Positions 54,929 to 63,133 of a DNA stretch of 64,000 nt are shown piece by piece. Both the position numbers and the translations under genes were made by a program. How positions within the stretch are numbered: position 1 is the stretch's first letter; each line of letters opens with the position of its first letter. Under the pieces are notes generated by a model. That model ran no database searches and was not told the DNA's origin. It saw nothing but the letters and a program-made list of their open reading frames with translations. Origin of the DNA: Saccharofermentanales bacterium (GTDB lineage: Bacteria > Bacillota > Clostridia > Saccharofermentanales > UBA5734); contig JBBQKF010000002.1 of NCBI GenBank assembly GCA_038326615.1, positions 1,155 through 65,154 on the forward strand, given 5' to 3'.

Positions 54929-55812
54929 TGATTGAAATTTCCAAACAGAATGTACCGTATTTGAATTTTCAAAGCTTTCTTGATATGCCTTTTGTTTATC
55001 ATGCTTTCTCTACAAAAAGAGGTGGGGTAAGTACCGACATTTTTGAATCAATGAATTTAAGTTTTGGCAGGGGAGATTCCGATAATAATGTAATTCGCAA
55101 CTTTGAAATTTTATGCAATGCTTTACAGATTGACATAAAGACATTGGTTTTTTCTTCGCAAACGCATACGTCAAACATTTTAACTGTAACCAAGGCTGAT
55201 TGCGGAAAAGGTATCTTTTATCTTAGGACTTGGGAAGATATGGATGGTCTTGTGACATGCGATGAGAATGTTACTTTGATTACTCATTATGCAGATTGTG
55301 TTCCATTGTTTTTTACTGACAAGGTAAAGAAAATCGTTGGAGTTGCACATGCTGGCTGGAAAGGCACGGTTCTAGGGATTTCTTCTTGTATGATAAAAAA
55401 GATGAAGACGGAATTTGGAGCAGATGCTAAAGATATTATAGTTGGAATCGGACCTTCAATTGGCAAATGTTGTTTTGAGGTTGATGAGAAAACGGCAAAT
55501 GAATTTTATAAATTACCTGATTACATGATTAAGGACGCAATTAACAAAAGACATGATTTCAACGACCCAATGATTACTAAATACGATATTAACCTCCAAA
55601 AAGTTAATATGCAGCAACTATTAGCAGAAGGTGTTTTGCCCGAAAATATCGAAGACGCGGATATTTGTACAAAATGTAACAGTGATTATTTGTTTTCACA
55701 TCGTGCCACCGCAGGAAACCGAGGGGGTATGGTTGCACTGATTGGACTTCATAATATTGATAAAACAAAAAACACCTTAAATGACAAAAATGACAAAAAC
55801 AATTTACAATAA
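54925..55812 (+). CDS. pgeF: purine-nucleoside/peptidoglycan-editing YfiH (DUF152, PgeF) family protein
   Basis: QTHT/S, HYADCVPL, HAGWKGT and CCFEV motifs of the YfiH/laccase-domain family. Confidence 0.85.
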   Translation: MMIEISKQNVPYLNFQSFLDMPFVYHAFSTKRGGVSTDIFESMNLSFGRGDSDNNVIRNFEILCNALQIDIKTLVFSSQTHTSNILTVTKADCGKGIFYLRTWEDMDGLVTCDENVTLITHYADCVPLFFTDKVKKIVGVAHAGWKGTVLGISSCMIKKMKTEFGADAKDIIVGIGPSIGKCCFEVDEKTANEFYKLPDYMIKDAINKRHDFNDPMITKYDINLQKVNMQQLLAEGVLPENIEDADICTKCNSDYLFSHRATAGNRGGMVALIGLHNIDKTKNTLNDKNDKNNLQ

Positions 55813-55873
55813 AATTTCAAAAAAAACTGACAGCAAAGTTTTAAATATAACTGAACAAAATTTCAAATAAAAC

Positions 55874-55902
55874 TTGCATATGACGGCCATTTATGATAAT
55901 AT
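55874..55902 (+). promoter_or_regulatory. sigma-A-type promoter of the T-box leader
   Basis: TTGCAT (55874-79), 17-nt spacer, TAATAT (55897-902), preceded by TG at the extended -10 position. Confidence 0.6.
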
Positions 55903-55907
55903 CAAAC

Positions 55908-56173
55908 AAAATATGATAAAGGCTATGACAGAGACTGCATCTGAAACGCTTTACAGGGAATTGATGTCGATGGACTGAGAGCATCAATAAAAAACGTCAG
56001 AAATGTGGAACACTCCTGAGCTGACATACGGAAAACTTATTGTACGTATGTACGTGACACGCGTTAAGTGAAAGAGTGGATGTATTCATTTATTTTAATG
56101 GATTTCATCAAGATGGGTGGTACCGCGAATGAACTTTCGTCCCAGAGATTTTAACAGATCTCTGGGATTTTTT
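55908..56173 (+). promoter_or_regulatory. T-box riboswitch leader (tRNA-sensing transcription attenuator) of aspS-gatCAB
   Basis: Conserved T-box sequence AGATGGGTGGTACCGCG at 56111-56127. Terminator CCCAGAGAT-(8 nt)-ATCTCTGGG + TTTTTT at 56141-56173. Upstream stem I shows an AGAGA element (55931-35), AG-bulge-like AGGGA (55955-59) and a distal hairpin TTGATG...CATCAA. Confidence 0.88.
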
Positions 56174-56280
56174 ATGTTATCACGACATGAGTAATTACTA
56201 TAGACTGCAAATCCTAGGCAAAAAAATGTTATCTTTAAAAATTTAAACTAGTTTAACGAATTTTATTGGAGGAAGATTAA

Positions 56281-57645
56281 ATGGAACAATGTACAGGAAT
56301 TACAACAAGCAACATTTGGCAGATAAGCGACATTAATGAATTGCTGAATGAGAATCAGACAGAAGATACAAGGGCCGTAGTTTTGCATAAAGAGATATTG
56401 CTCAAAGGCACAATTCATACTGTCAGGGACTTTGGCGATTTTTCATTTCTTATTTTAAGGACCAGACAAGGGTTGATTCAATGCTATGTCGATAAGTCCA
56501 TTGCTATTATTGATTGTGAAATTTTGCAGGATAATTCAAGCATTGAAATTACAGGGAAAATTCGTATGGAAGAAAGAGCTCCTCACGAATTTGAGGTTGT
56601 TGCGCATATTATAAAAACACTTTCAACACCATTTGCACTTTCACCAATAACTCTTAGTAAATGGAAGCTTGGAGTATCTCTTGATAAAAATCTTGAGTTA
56701 AGACCAATTACTTTAAGACATCTTCATCAAAGAGCAATTTTCAAAATTCAAGAGGGAATCGTTAGAGGATTTAGAGACTTTCTTCATTCTCAGGAATTTA
56801 CTGAAATCAGAACACCCAAAATTGTTGCAGCTGGAGCAGAAGGCGGATCTAATATTTTTCAACTTGACTATTTCGGACGTAAAGCCTTTCTGGCACAGAG
56901 TCCACAGTTTTACAAACAGACAATGGTTGGTGTGTATGATCGTGTTTTTGAGGTCGGACCAGTTTTCAGGGCAGAAAAACATAACACTGCAAGACATTTG
57001 AACGAATATACAAGTCTCGATTTTGAGATGGGATTCATTTTGGGCTTTGAAGATATAATGAATATGGAAACTGCCTCTTTAAAATATATTTTCAATCTGC
57101 TAAAGACAGATTATAGTGATGAACTAAAAATGCTCAAAGTCTGTATACCTGAGTTTGATTCGATTCCTGCAGTAAGATTTGATGTTGCAAAAGAGATGGT
57201 CAGCAAAAAATATAATCGCAAAATCAAGGATCCATATGATCTTGAGCCTGAAGAAGAGCAACTCATAGGACAACTTTTCCTTGAAGAATACCAAAGTGAG
57301 TTTGTTTTTGTTACTCATTATCCAACTAAAAAACGACCGTTTTATGCTATGGATGACCCCGAGAACACCAAATTTACATTGAGTTTTGATTTGCTTTTCA
57401 GAGGAATGGAGATCACAACTGGTGGGCAAAGAATTCATCAATATGAAGAACAAATTGAAAAAATGCAAAGCAAAGGGATGAATTATGAGGATTTTGACTC
57501 ATATCTTTTGATCCACAAACATGGAATGCCACCTCATGGCGGATTAGGGATAGGCCTTGAAAGACTTACTATGAAGCTTCTTAATGAATCGAATATAAGG
57601 ACAACAACAATGTTTCCAAGAGACCAAACAAGGCTTGACCCATAG
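56281..57645 (+). CDS. aspS: aspartate--tRNA ligase, archaeal/type-2 form (probably non-discriminating)
   Basis: Class IIb synthetase with N-terminal OB fold, motif 2 FRAEKHNTARHLNEYTSLDFEM, motif 3 GLGIGLERL, and end FPRDQTRLDP. The last two fit type-2 AspRS rather than AsnRS (FWMIEPEM). T-box leader upstream and gatCAB downstream. Confidence 0.82.
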   Translation: MEQCTGITTSNIWQISDINELLNENQTEDTRAVVLHKEILLKGTIHTVRDFGDFSFLILRTRQGLIQCYVDKSIAIIDCEILQDNSSIEITGKIRMEERAPHEFEVVAHIIKTLSTPFALSPITLSKWKLGVSLDKNLELRPITLRHLHQRAIFKIQEGIVRGFRDFLHSQEFTEIRTPKIVAAGAEGGSNIFQLDYFGRKAFLAQSPQFYKQTMVGVYDRVFEVGPVFRAEKHNTARHLNEYTSLDFEMGFILGFEDIMNMETASLKYIFNLLKTDYSDELKMLKVCIPEFDSIPAVRFDVAKEMVSKKYNRKIKDPYDLEPEEEQLIGQLFLEEYQSEFVFVTHYPTKKRPFYAMDDPENTKFTLSFDLLFRGMEITTGGQRIHQYEEQIEKMQSKGMNYEDFDSYLLIHKHGMPPHGGLGIGLERLTMKLLNESNIRTTTMFPRDQTRLDP

Positions 57646-57744
57646 CATAGTAAATGTTTAATTAGTGTATCTTATATGATTGTTTTATTGTTTAATGATA
57701 ATAACAAATTATATCAATTCAGTATCTAACAATTAATTGGCAAA

Positions 57745-57883
57745 ATGTAAAAGTAAAAAGTAAAAGTAAAAAATAAAAAGTAAAAAGTAAAAGTAAAAGT
57801 AAAAGTAAAAAGTAAAAGTAAAAGTAAAAAATAAAAAGTAAAAATTAAAAATTAAAATTAAAATTAAAATTAAAATTAAAATT
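57745..57883. repeat. A-rich satellite (AAAAGT/AAAATT 5-6-bp units) left of MITE copy 2
   Basis: Read directly. Confidence 0.9.
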
Positions 57884-58051
57884 GGTTCGGGTGTCAAAAG
57901 TTAACCGGATAGCTGCATGTTAAAAAAGTTGATGAAATCACCAAATATTGGCCATTACAAGCAATCTGGCATTTGAAATCTTCTTAAGTCATCGTCGAGT
58001 AAAATCTGACTAATCACAATAAATAAAAAGCATGCTTTTGATACCCGAACC
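57884..58051 (+). mobile_element. MITE copy 2 (168 bp)
   Basis: Same 17-bp TIRs (one mismatch). Flanking AAAATT (57878-83 and 58052-57). Embedded in an AAAATT/AAAAGT satellite. Confidence 0.8.
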
Positions 58052-58215
58052 AAAATTAAAAGTAAAAATTAAAAGTAAAAATTAAAATTAAAATTAAAAT
58101 TAAAATTAAAATTAAAATTAAAATTAAAATTAAAATTAAAAGTAAAATTAAAAGTAAAATTAAAAGTAAAATTAAAAGTAAAATTTAAAATTGAAATTAA
58201 AAGTAAAATTGTAAA
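58052..58215. repeat. A-rich satellite (AAAATT and AAAAGTAAAATT units) right of MITE copy 2
   Basis: Read directly. Confidence 0.9.
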
Positions 58216-58252
58216 ATTTGCAATCAAATAAATTGCATTGGAGGAATAACTA

Positions 58253-58540
58253 ATGGAAATATCAGATGAAATGATCGACTATATTGCAGGGTTAGCTAAG
58301 CTAAAACTGCCTGAAGAAAGATCACACGAACTTAAAAAGGATCTTGAAGGAATTTTAAATTATATAGAGATTCTTAAGGAACTTGATACTTCAAACGAAG
58401 AACCAATGTCACATGCATTTTCTAACACGAATTGTTTTCGTGAAGATATTGCACTTCCATCAATGGATCGTGACTTATTACTAGAGAACGCTCCTGATAA
58501 GAAAGTCGGTTGCTTCAAGGTTCCTAAAACTGTAGAATAG
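58253..58540 (+). CDS. gatC: Asp/Glu-tRNA amidotransferase subunit C
   Basis: 95-aa ORF; IDYIAGLAKLKL.EE......DL..IL.YIE.L.ELDT and the FKVP end are typical GatC. GGAGGA RBS. Confidence 0.9.
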   Translation: MEISDEMIDYIAGLAKLKLPEERSHELKKDLEGILNYIEILKELDTSNEEPMSHAFSNTNCFREDIALPSMDRDLLLENAPDKKVGCFKVPKTVE

Positions 58541-58682
58541 AGAGCTTTTAGGAATAGTAGTGTTGTGATAATCATAAACCTGTTTAAAAAATATTGTTTA
58601 CTAAATTTTTAGAAAGAAAATTCCTGGTTGTTTTTTAAATAATAATTTGAAACTCAAGTTTATGAAAAGAAAGGATAGGAAA

Positions 58683-60185
58683 ATGCAAACAATAGATTTA
58701 TTTACAAGCCCGGCAGTAAAAATTTCTAAAGAAATTAAAAACAAAAACATCTCTGTAAAAGAGGTTGCTAAACATATAATTGACCAGAAAGAAAAGCAGG
58801 ATGCCATATTGAATGCCTACCTTCAATTTGATTCTCGAAAAATATTGGAGGATGCAAAGTCGATTCAATTAAAAATCGATGATGGAACTCTGACTTCCTC
58901 GCTTGCAGGTATTCCAATTGCTGTCAAAGATAATATTTGCACAAAAGGAACCAAAACAACTTGTGGTTCTAAAATGCTCGAAAATTTTATTCCTCCTTAT
59001 AATGCGACCGTTATTGAAAAATTAGAGAAGAGTGGATTAATTATTGCTGGCAAATGCAACCTTGATGAATTTGCAATGGGTAGCACAACTGAAACTTCAG
59101 CTTTTGGAAAAACATTAAATCCATGGAACAATCTTTATTCTCCTGGAGGATCAAGTGGTGGAAGTGCAGTTGGCGTTTCTTCAGGAACAGCATTTTGTGC
59201 ACTTGGATCCGATACCGGCGGCTCAATTCGATTGCCAGCATCATTTTGCGGGATAACAGGACTAAAACCTACGTATGGTGCTGTTTCAAGATACGGCCTT
59301 GTTGCTCATGCGTCTTCTCTTGATCAGATTGGTCCATTAACAAGAAATGTTTTAGATTGTGCAGCTGTTTTTGACCAAATTACAGGGCCAGACTTAATGG
59401 ATAGCACATGTATTACAACGAAAGCATCAGATTATTACGAAAATCTAACTTCATTTTTGAATGAAAATGAGAATAACAGCTTGCCTTTAAAAGGTAAAAA
59501 GATTGGTATACCTCATGAATACCTTGGAGAAGGTATAGCAGATGAAATCAAAAAATCAATACTTGAGTCAGCAAAAACCTTCGAAAGCCTTGGCGCAGAG
59601 TGCGAATATTTCTCGATGCCAATGGTAAAATATGCAGTCCCAACGTATTATATACTTGCAAGTGCTGAAGCAAGTTCCAATTTATCAAGATATGACGGTG
59701 TTAAATATACAACAAGAGCAGAAAATGTAAATGACCTGATGGAACTTTACTATAAGACAAGAACAGAAAATTTTGGCGATGAAGTTGCTAGACGAATTTT
59801 GCTTGGCTCATTTGTTTTAAGTTCAGGATATTTTGACGCATATTACCAGACCGCTCTTAAAGTCAAAGGAAGAATTAAGAAGGAATTCGATTTTGCATTT
59901 TCAAAGTATGATGCTATTCTTGGACCAACTTCTCCCGATACAGCACCTAAACTTGGAGAAAGTCTGTCTGATCCATTAAAAATGTACTTGAATGATATTT
60001 ACACTGTTTCTGTTAATCTTGCAGGTATTCCTGCTATGTCGATTCCATGCGGCTTTGATTCCAATAATATGCCAATCGGAATGCAGCTTATAGGCAGCGC
60101 ATTTGAAGAAGACAAGTTATTTATTTTAGGTGGAATTTATCAGCAACGTACAGACTATCATATGAGAAGACCAGATTTAATTTGA
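58683..60185 (+). CDS. gatA: Asp/Glu-tRNA amidotransferase subunit A
   Basis: Amidase signature GGSSGGSAVGVSSG...GSDTGGSIRLPASFCG. ATG 58683 gives the usual GatA N-terminus; the track start is an upstream TTG. Confidence 0.94.
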   Translation: MQTIDLFTSPAVKISKEIKNKNISVKEVAKHIIDQKEKQDAILNAYLQFDSRKILEDAKSIQLKIDDGTLTSSLAGIPIAVKDNICTKGTKTTCGSKMLENFIPPYNATVIEKLEKSGLIIAGKCNLDEFAMGSTTETSAFGKTLNPWNNLYSPGGSSGGSAVGVSSGTAFCALGSDTGGSIRLPASFCGITGLKPTYGAVSRYGLVAHASSLDQIGPLTRNVLDCAAVFDQITGPDLMDSTCITTKASDYYENLTSFLNENENNSLPLKGKKIGIPHEYLGEGIADEIKKSILESAKTFESLGAECEYFSMPMVKYAVPTYYILASAEASSNLSRYDGVKYTTRAENVNDLMELYYKTRTENFGDEVARRILLGSFVLSSGYFDAYYQTALKVKGRIKKEFDFAFSKYDAILGPTSPDTAPKLGESLSDPLKMYLNDIYTVSVNLAGIPAMSIPCGFDSNNMPIGMQLIGSAFEEDKLFILGGIYQQRTDYHMRRPDLI

Positions 60186-60288
60186 AATTCCAAGGAATGA
60201 AATTAATATGTACTACTATATAGAATAAAATAAAATGCTATTTATCAATAAATAGTAGAAAGTTTTATTTTTTGGAAATATTGTAAAT

Positions 60289-60454
60289 GGTTCGGGTGTC
60301 AAAAGTTAACCGGATAGCTGTATGTTAAAAAAGTTTTTGAAATCATCAGAAATCGTCCATTACCAGCAATCTACAGCTTGAAACCTTCTGAAGCCATCTT
60401 CGAACAACATCTAGTCCATTGAAAAAGAAAAGTCATGCTTTTGACGCTCGAACC
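60289..60454 (+). mobile_element. MITE copy 3 (166 bp, diverged interior), between gatA and gatB
   Basis: Left TIR identical, right TIR with two mismatches. Flanking GTAAAT (60283-88 and 60455-60). Confidence 0.8.
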
Positions 60455-60634
60455 GTAAATAAATATTTAAAAATGAATTATTATGAAAAATAAGTTTAGT
60501 AATATAATAAACAATCTAAATAGCATTTATATAAAAAAAGATTTTGTGAATTTTAATAATATAAATTGTCAGCAAAATAAAAAATTTTAAAATCAGTTTT
60601 AATCTCTGGTTAAACCCAGTGAGACGGAGGACAA

Positions 60635-62074
60635 ATGAAACAATACGAAACTGTTATTGGACTTGAAGTCCATGTAGAATTATCAACAAAATCAAAAATA
60701 TTCTGTTCATGCAAAACAGATTTTGGCGGAGAGCCAAACACCCATTGCTGTCCTGTTTGTACAGGAATGCCAGGATCATTGCCTGTATTAAACAAATCGG
60801 TTGTAGAAAGAGCAATTCTTACAGGTCTTGCAACTAATTGCAGCATTACACCAAATCCGAAATTTGACCGTAAGAATTATTTTTATCCTGATTTGCCAAA
60901 AGCATACCAGATTTCGCAATTATACTTGCCTATATGCAAAGAGGGATATCTTGATATTACGACTTTGTCAGGTGAAACAAAAAGAGTTGGTATACACGAA
61001 ATCCATATGGAAGAGGATGCTGGCAAACTAATACATGATCCATGGGATGACTGTACATTAGTTGACTATAATCGATGCGGAGTTCCGCTCCTTGAAATAG
61101 TAAGTGACCCTGATTTAAGAAATGCACATGAAGCCATACAATATTTAAACAAATTAAAGGCTATTCTTGAATATCTTGGAGTTTCTGACTGTAAAATGCA
61201 AGAAGGTTCATTTCGTGCAGACATAAACTTGTCAGTACGTCCTGTCGGGCAAAAAGAACTCGGGACAAGAACCGAAATGAAGAACATGAACTCGCTTAAA
61301 GCAATTTCAAAGGCTATTGAAAAAGAAGCAAAAAGACAGATTGAAGCTATCGAAAACGGAAAGAAAATTCGCCAGGAAACCCGTCGTTGGGACGAAAATA
61401 AAGACGCATCTTTTGCAATGAGATCAAAAGAGAACGCACAAGATTATAGGTATTTCCCGGATCCTGACCTTTTACCAATGACAATTTCTGAAGAATGGAT
61501 TCAATCATTAAGAGAAACTCTGCCAGAACTTGTTGAAGAGAAAAAAGCAAGATATCGTAAGGACTATACTTTGCCAGAGCTTGATGTTGATATAATAACT
61601 TCAACAAAAAATATTGCTGATCTTTTTGAAGAAACTATTGCATTTGGCTGTTCTCCTAAAGAAGTATCAAATTGGATAATGGGAGATTTGATGAAACTCC
61701 TTAAAGACAAAAACATGGAGCCTTTGGAAGTTTCAATTAATTCTAAAACATTTGCAGGAATGATTGGATTAATACAAGCTGGAAAAATCAACAGGAATGC
61801 TGCAAAATTGATTTTATCTGAAATAATTAATCATCCGATTAATCTAGATGATTTCATAAAAGAACACAATCTGATTATGGTTTCAGACGATGCTGGAATC
61901 AGAGCCTGTGTAATAGAAATATTAACAACCAACCAACAGTCAGTCCGTGATTACAAAAATGGTAAAGATAAGGCAATTCTTTTCCTTGTAGGGCAGGTAA
62001 TGCGCCAGATGAAAGGTAAAGCAGACCCAGGAGTTGTGAACACAATTTTAAAAGAAGAAATTGATAAAATATAA
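60635..62074 (+). CDS. gatB: Asp/Glu-tRNA amidotransferase subunit B
   Basis: YETVIGLEVHVEL start, CPVCTGMPGSLPV, NYFYPDLPK, and a C-terminal YqeY-like tail. GGAGGA RBS. Confidence 0.95.
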   Translation: MKQYETVIGLEVHVELSTKSKIFCSCKTDFGGEPNTHCCPVCTGMPGSLPVLNKSVVERAILTGLATNCSITPNPKFDRKNYFYPDLPKAYQISQLYLPICKEGYLDITTLSGETKRVGIHEIHMEEDAGKLIHDPWDDCTLVDYNRCGVPLLEIVSDPDLRNAHEAIQYLNKLKAILEYLGVSDCKMQEGSFRADINLSVRPVGQKELGTRTEMKNMNSLKAISKAIEKEAKRQIEAIENGKKIRQETRRWDENKDASFAMRSKENAQDYRYFPDPDLLPMTISEEWIQSLRETLPELVEEKKARYRKDYTLPELDVDIITSTKNIADLFEETIAFGCSPKEVSNWIMGDLMKLLKDKNMEPLEVSINSKTFAGMIGLIQAGKINRNAAKLILSEIINHPINLDDFIKEHNLIMVSDDAGIRACVIEILTTNQQSVRDYKNGKDKAILFLVGQVMRQMKGKADPGVVNTILKEEIDKI

Positions 62075-62111
62075 AAAATAAAAACAATTAGATTCACGAA
62101 AGATAAACATT

Positions 62112-62280
62112 GGTTCGGGTGTCAAAAGTTAACCGGATAGCTGTATGTTAAAAAAGTTGATGAAATCGCCAAATATTGGCCATTACAAGCAATCTGGCAT
62201 TTGAAATCTTCTTTAAGTCATCGTCGAGCAAAATCTGACTAATCACAATAAATAAAAATCATGCTTTTGACACCCGAACC
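62112..62280 (+). mobile_element. MITE copy 4 (169 bp), between gatB and nagB
   Basis: Perfect 17-bp TIRs. Flanks AACATT / AACAAT (5 of 6). Confidence 0.8.
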
Positions 62281-62377
62281 AACAATTAAATTCACAAAAA
62301 AAACAATTAAATTCACAATGGAATGATATTGGGGTATAATAAATTATAAACAGCAAATCTTAGAGGAGGTGTCACAT

Positions 62378-63103
62378 ATGAACATTCAAGTAGTACAAAA
62401 CTATGAACAACTTTGTAAGATAGCAGCATTTATAATTGCTGCGCAAGTTATTTCCAAGCCTAAAACAGTTTTAGGAACAGCAACAGGAAGTACCGCTCTT
62501 GGCGTTTATTCTTCGCTTTGTGATATTTATGAAGATGGAGATGTGGATTTTTCGAAAACTCAGATATTCAATCTTGATGAATACTGGGGATTAGATAAAA
62601 CTCATATTCAAAGCCATTACAATTATATCAGAACAAACCTTGTTGACCGGATTAATATACCGGAGGATTCATTTAATATTCCTGACGGATCAGCAATTGA
62701 GGTTTTTGAAGAATGCAAGAGATATGAGAAATCAATAGACAAGGCAGGCGGAATCGATCTTCAATTATTAGGTCTTGGTAGAAATGGTCATATTGGTTTC
62801 AACGAACCTTCTGATTATTTTTCTCCATATACTTATCTTGTTGAACTCCTTGAGCTTACGAGAATATCTAATGCACACTTTTTTAACCATATCAATGAAG
62901 TTCCTAAAGAAGCTATTAGTATGGGAATTGGAACAATTATGAGAGCAAAAAAGGTTTTACTTGTTGCTTCAGGCTATGAAAAAGCATCCGCTATCCGTGA
63001 AATGGTCGAAAAGAAAGTCACGCCAGCATGTCCGGCATCAATTTTACATTTCCATCAGGATGCAACTATTCTTATTGATGAGGCTGCTGCATCATTGTTG
63101 TAA
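62378..63103 (+). CDS. nagB: glucosamine-6-phosphate deaminase
   Basis: GTATGSTA, LDEYWG and LLGLGRNGHIGFNEP motifs. ATG 62378 lies 7 nt after GGAGG (track start is GTG 62369). Confidence 0.9.
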   Translation: MNIQVVQNYEQLCKIAAFIIAAQVISKPKTVLGTATGSTALGVYSSLCDIYEDGDVDFSKTQIFNLDEYWGLDKTHIQSHYNYIRTNLVDRINIPEDSFNIPDGSAIEVFEECKRYEKSIDKAGGIDLQLLGLGRNGHIGFNEPSDYFSPYTYLVELLELTRISNAHFFNHINEVPKEAISMGIGTIMRAKKVLLVASGYEKASAIREMVEKKVTPACPASILHFHQDATILIDEAAASLL

Positions 63104-63133
63104 ATTTTCTAATCAGAAAGGAACCTATCAATC

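Noticed and set aside
57884-57900. TIR GGTTCGGGTG... superficially like a tRNA T-arm (GGTTCGAAT)
   Set aside because: No acceptor stem, D-arm or anticodon arm can be drawn. The same 17-mer occurs inverted at the other end, i.e. a TIR and not a tRNA fragment.
57914-57973. A 19-codon ORF (MLKKLMKSPNIGHYKQSGI) on the + strand of the MITE. It is open with the same length in copies 2, 3 and 4 (16 codons in copy 1); one copy 2/4 difference is synonymous.
   Set aside because: No convincing RBS. The start and stop lie in segments conserved at the DNA level anyway. Staying open over about 12 diverged codons in copy 3 is not statistically compelling. Coding cannot be distinguished from chance by eye.
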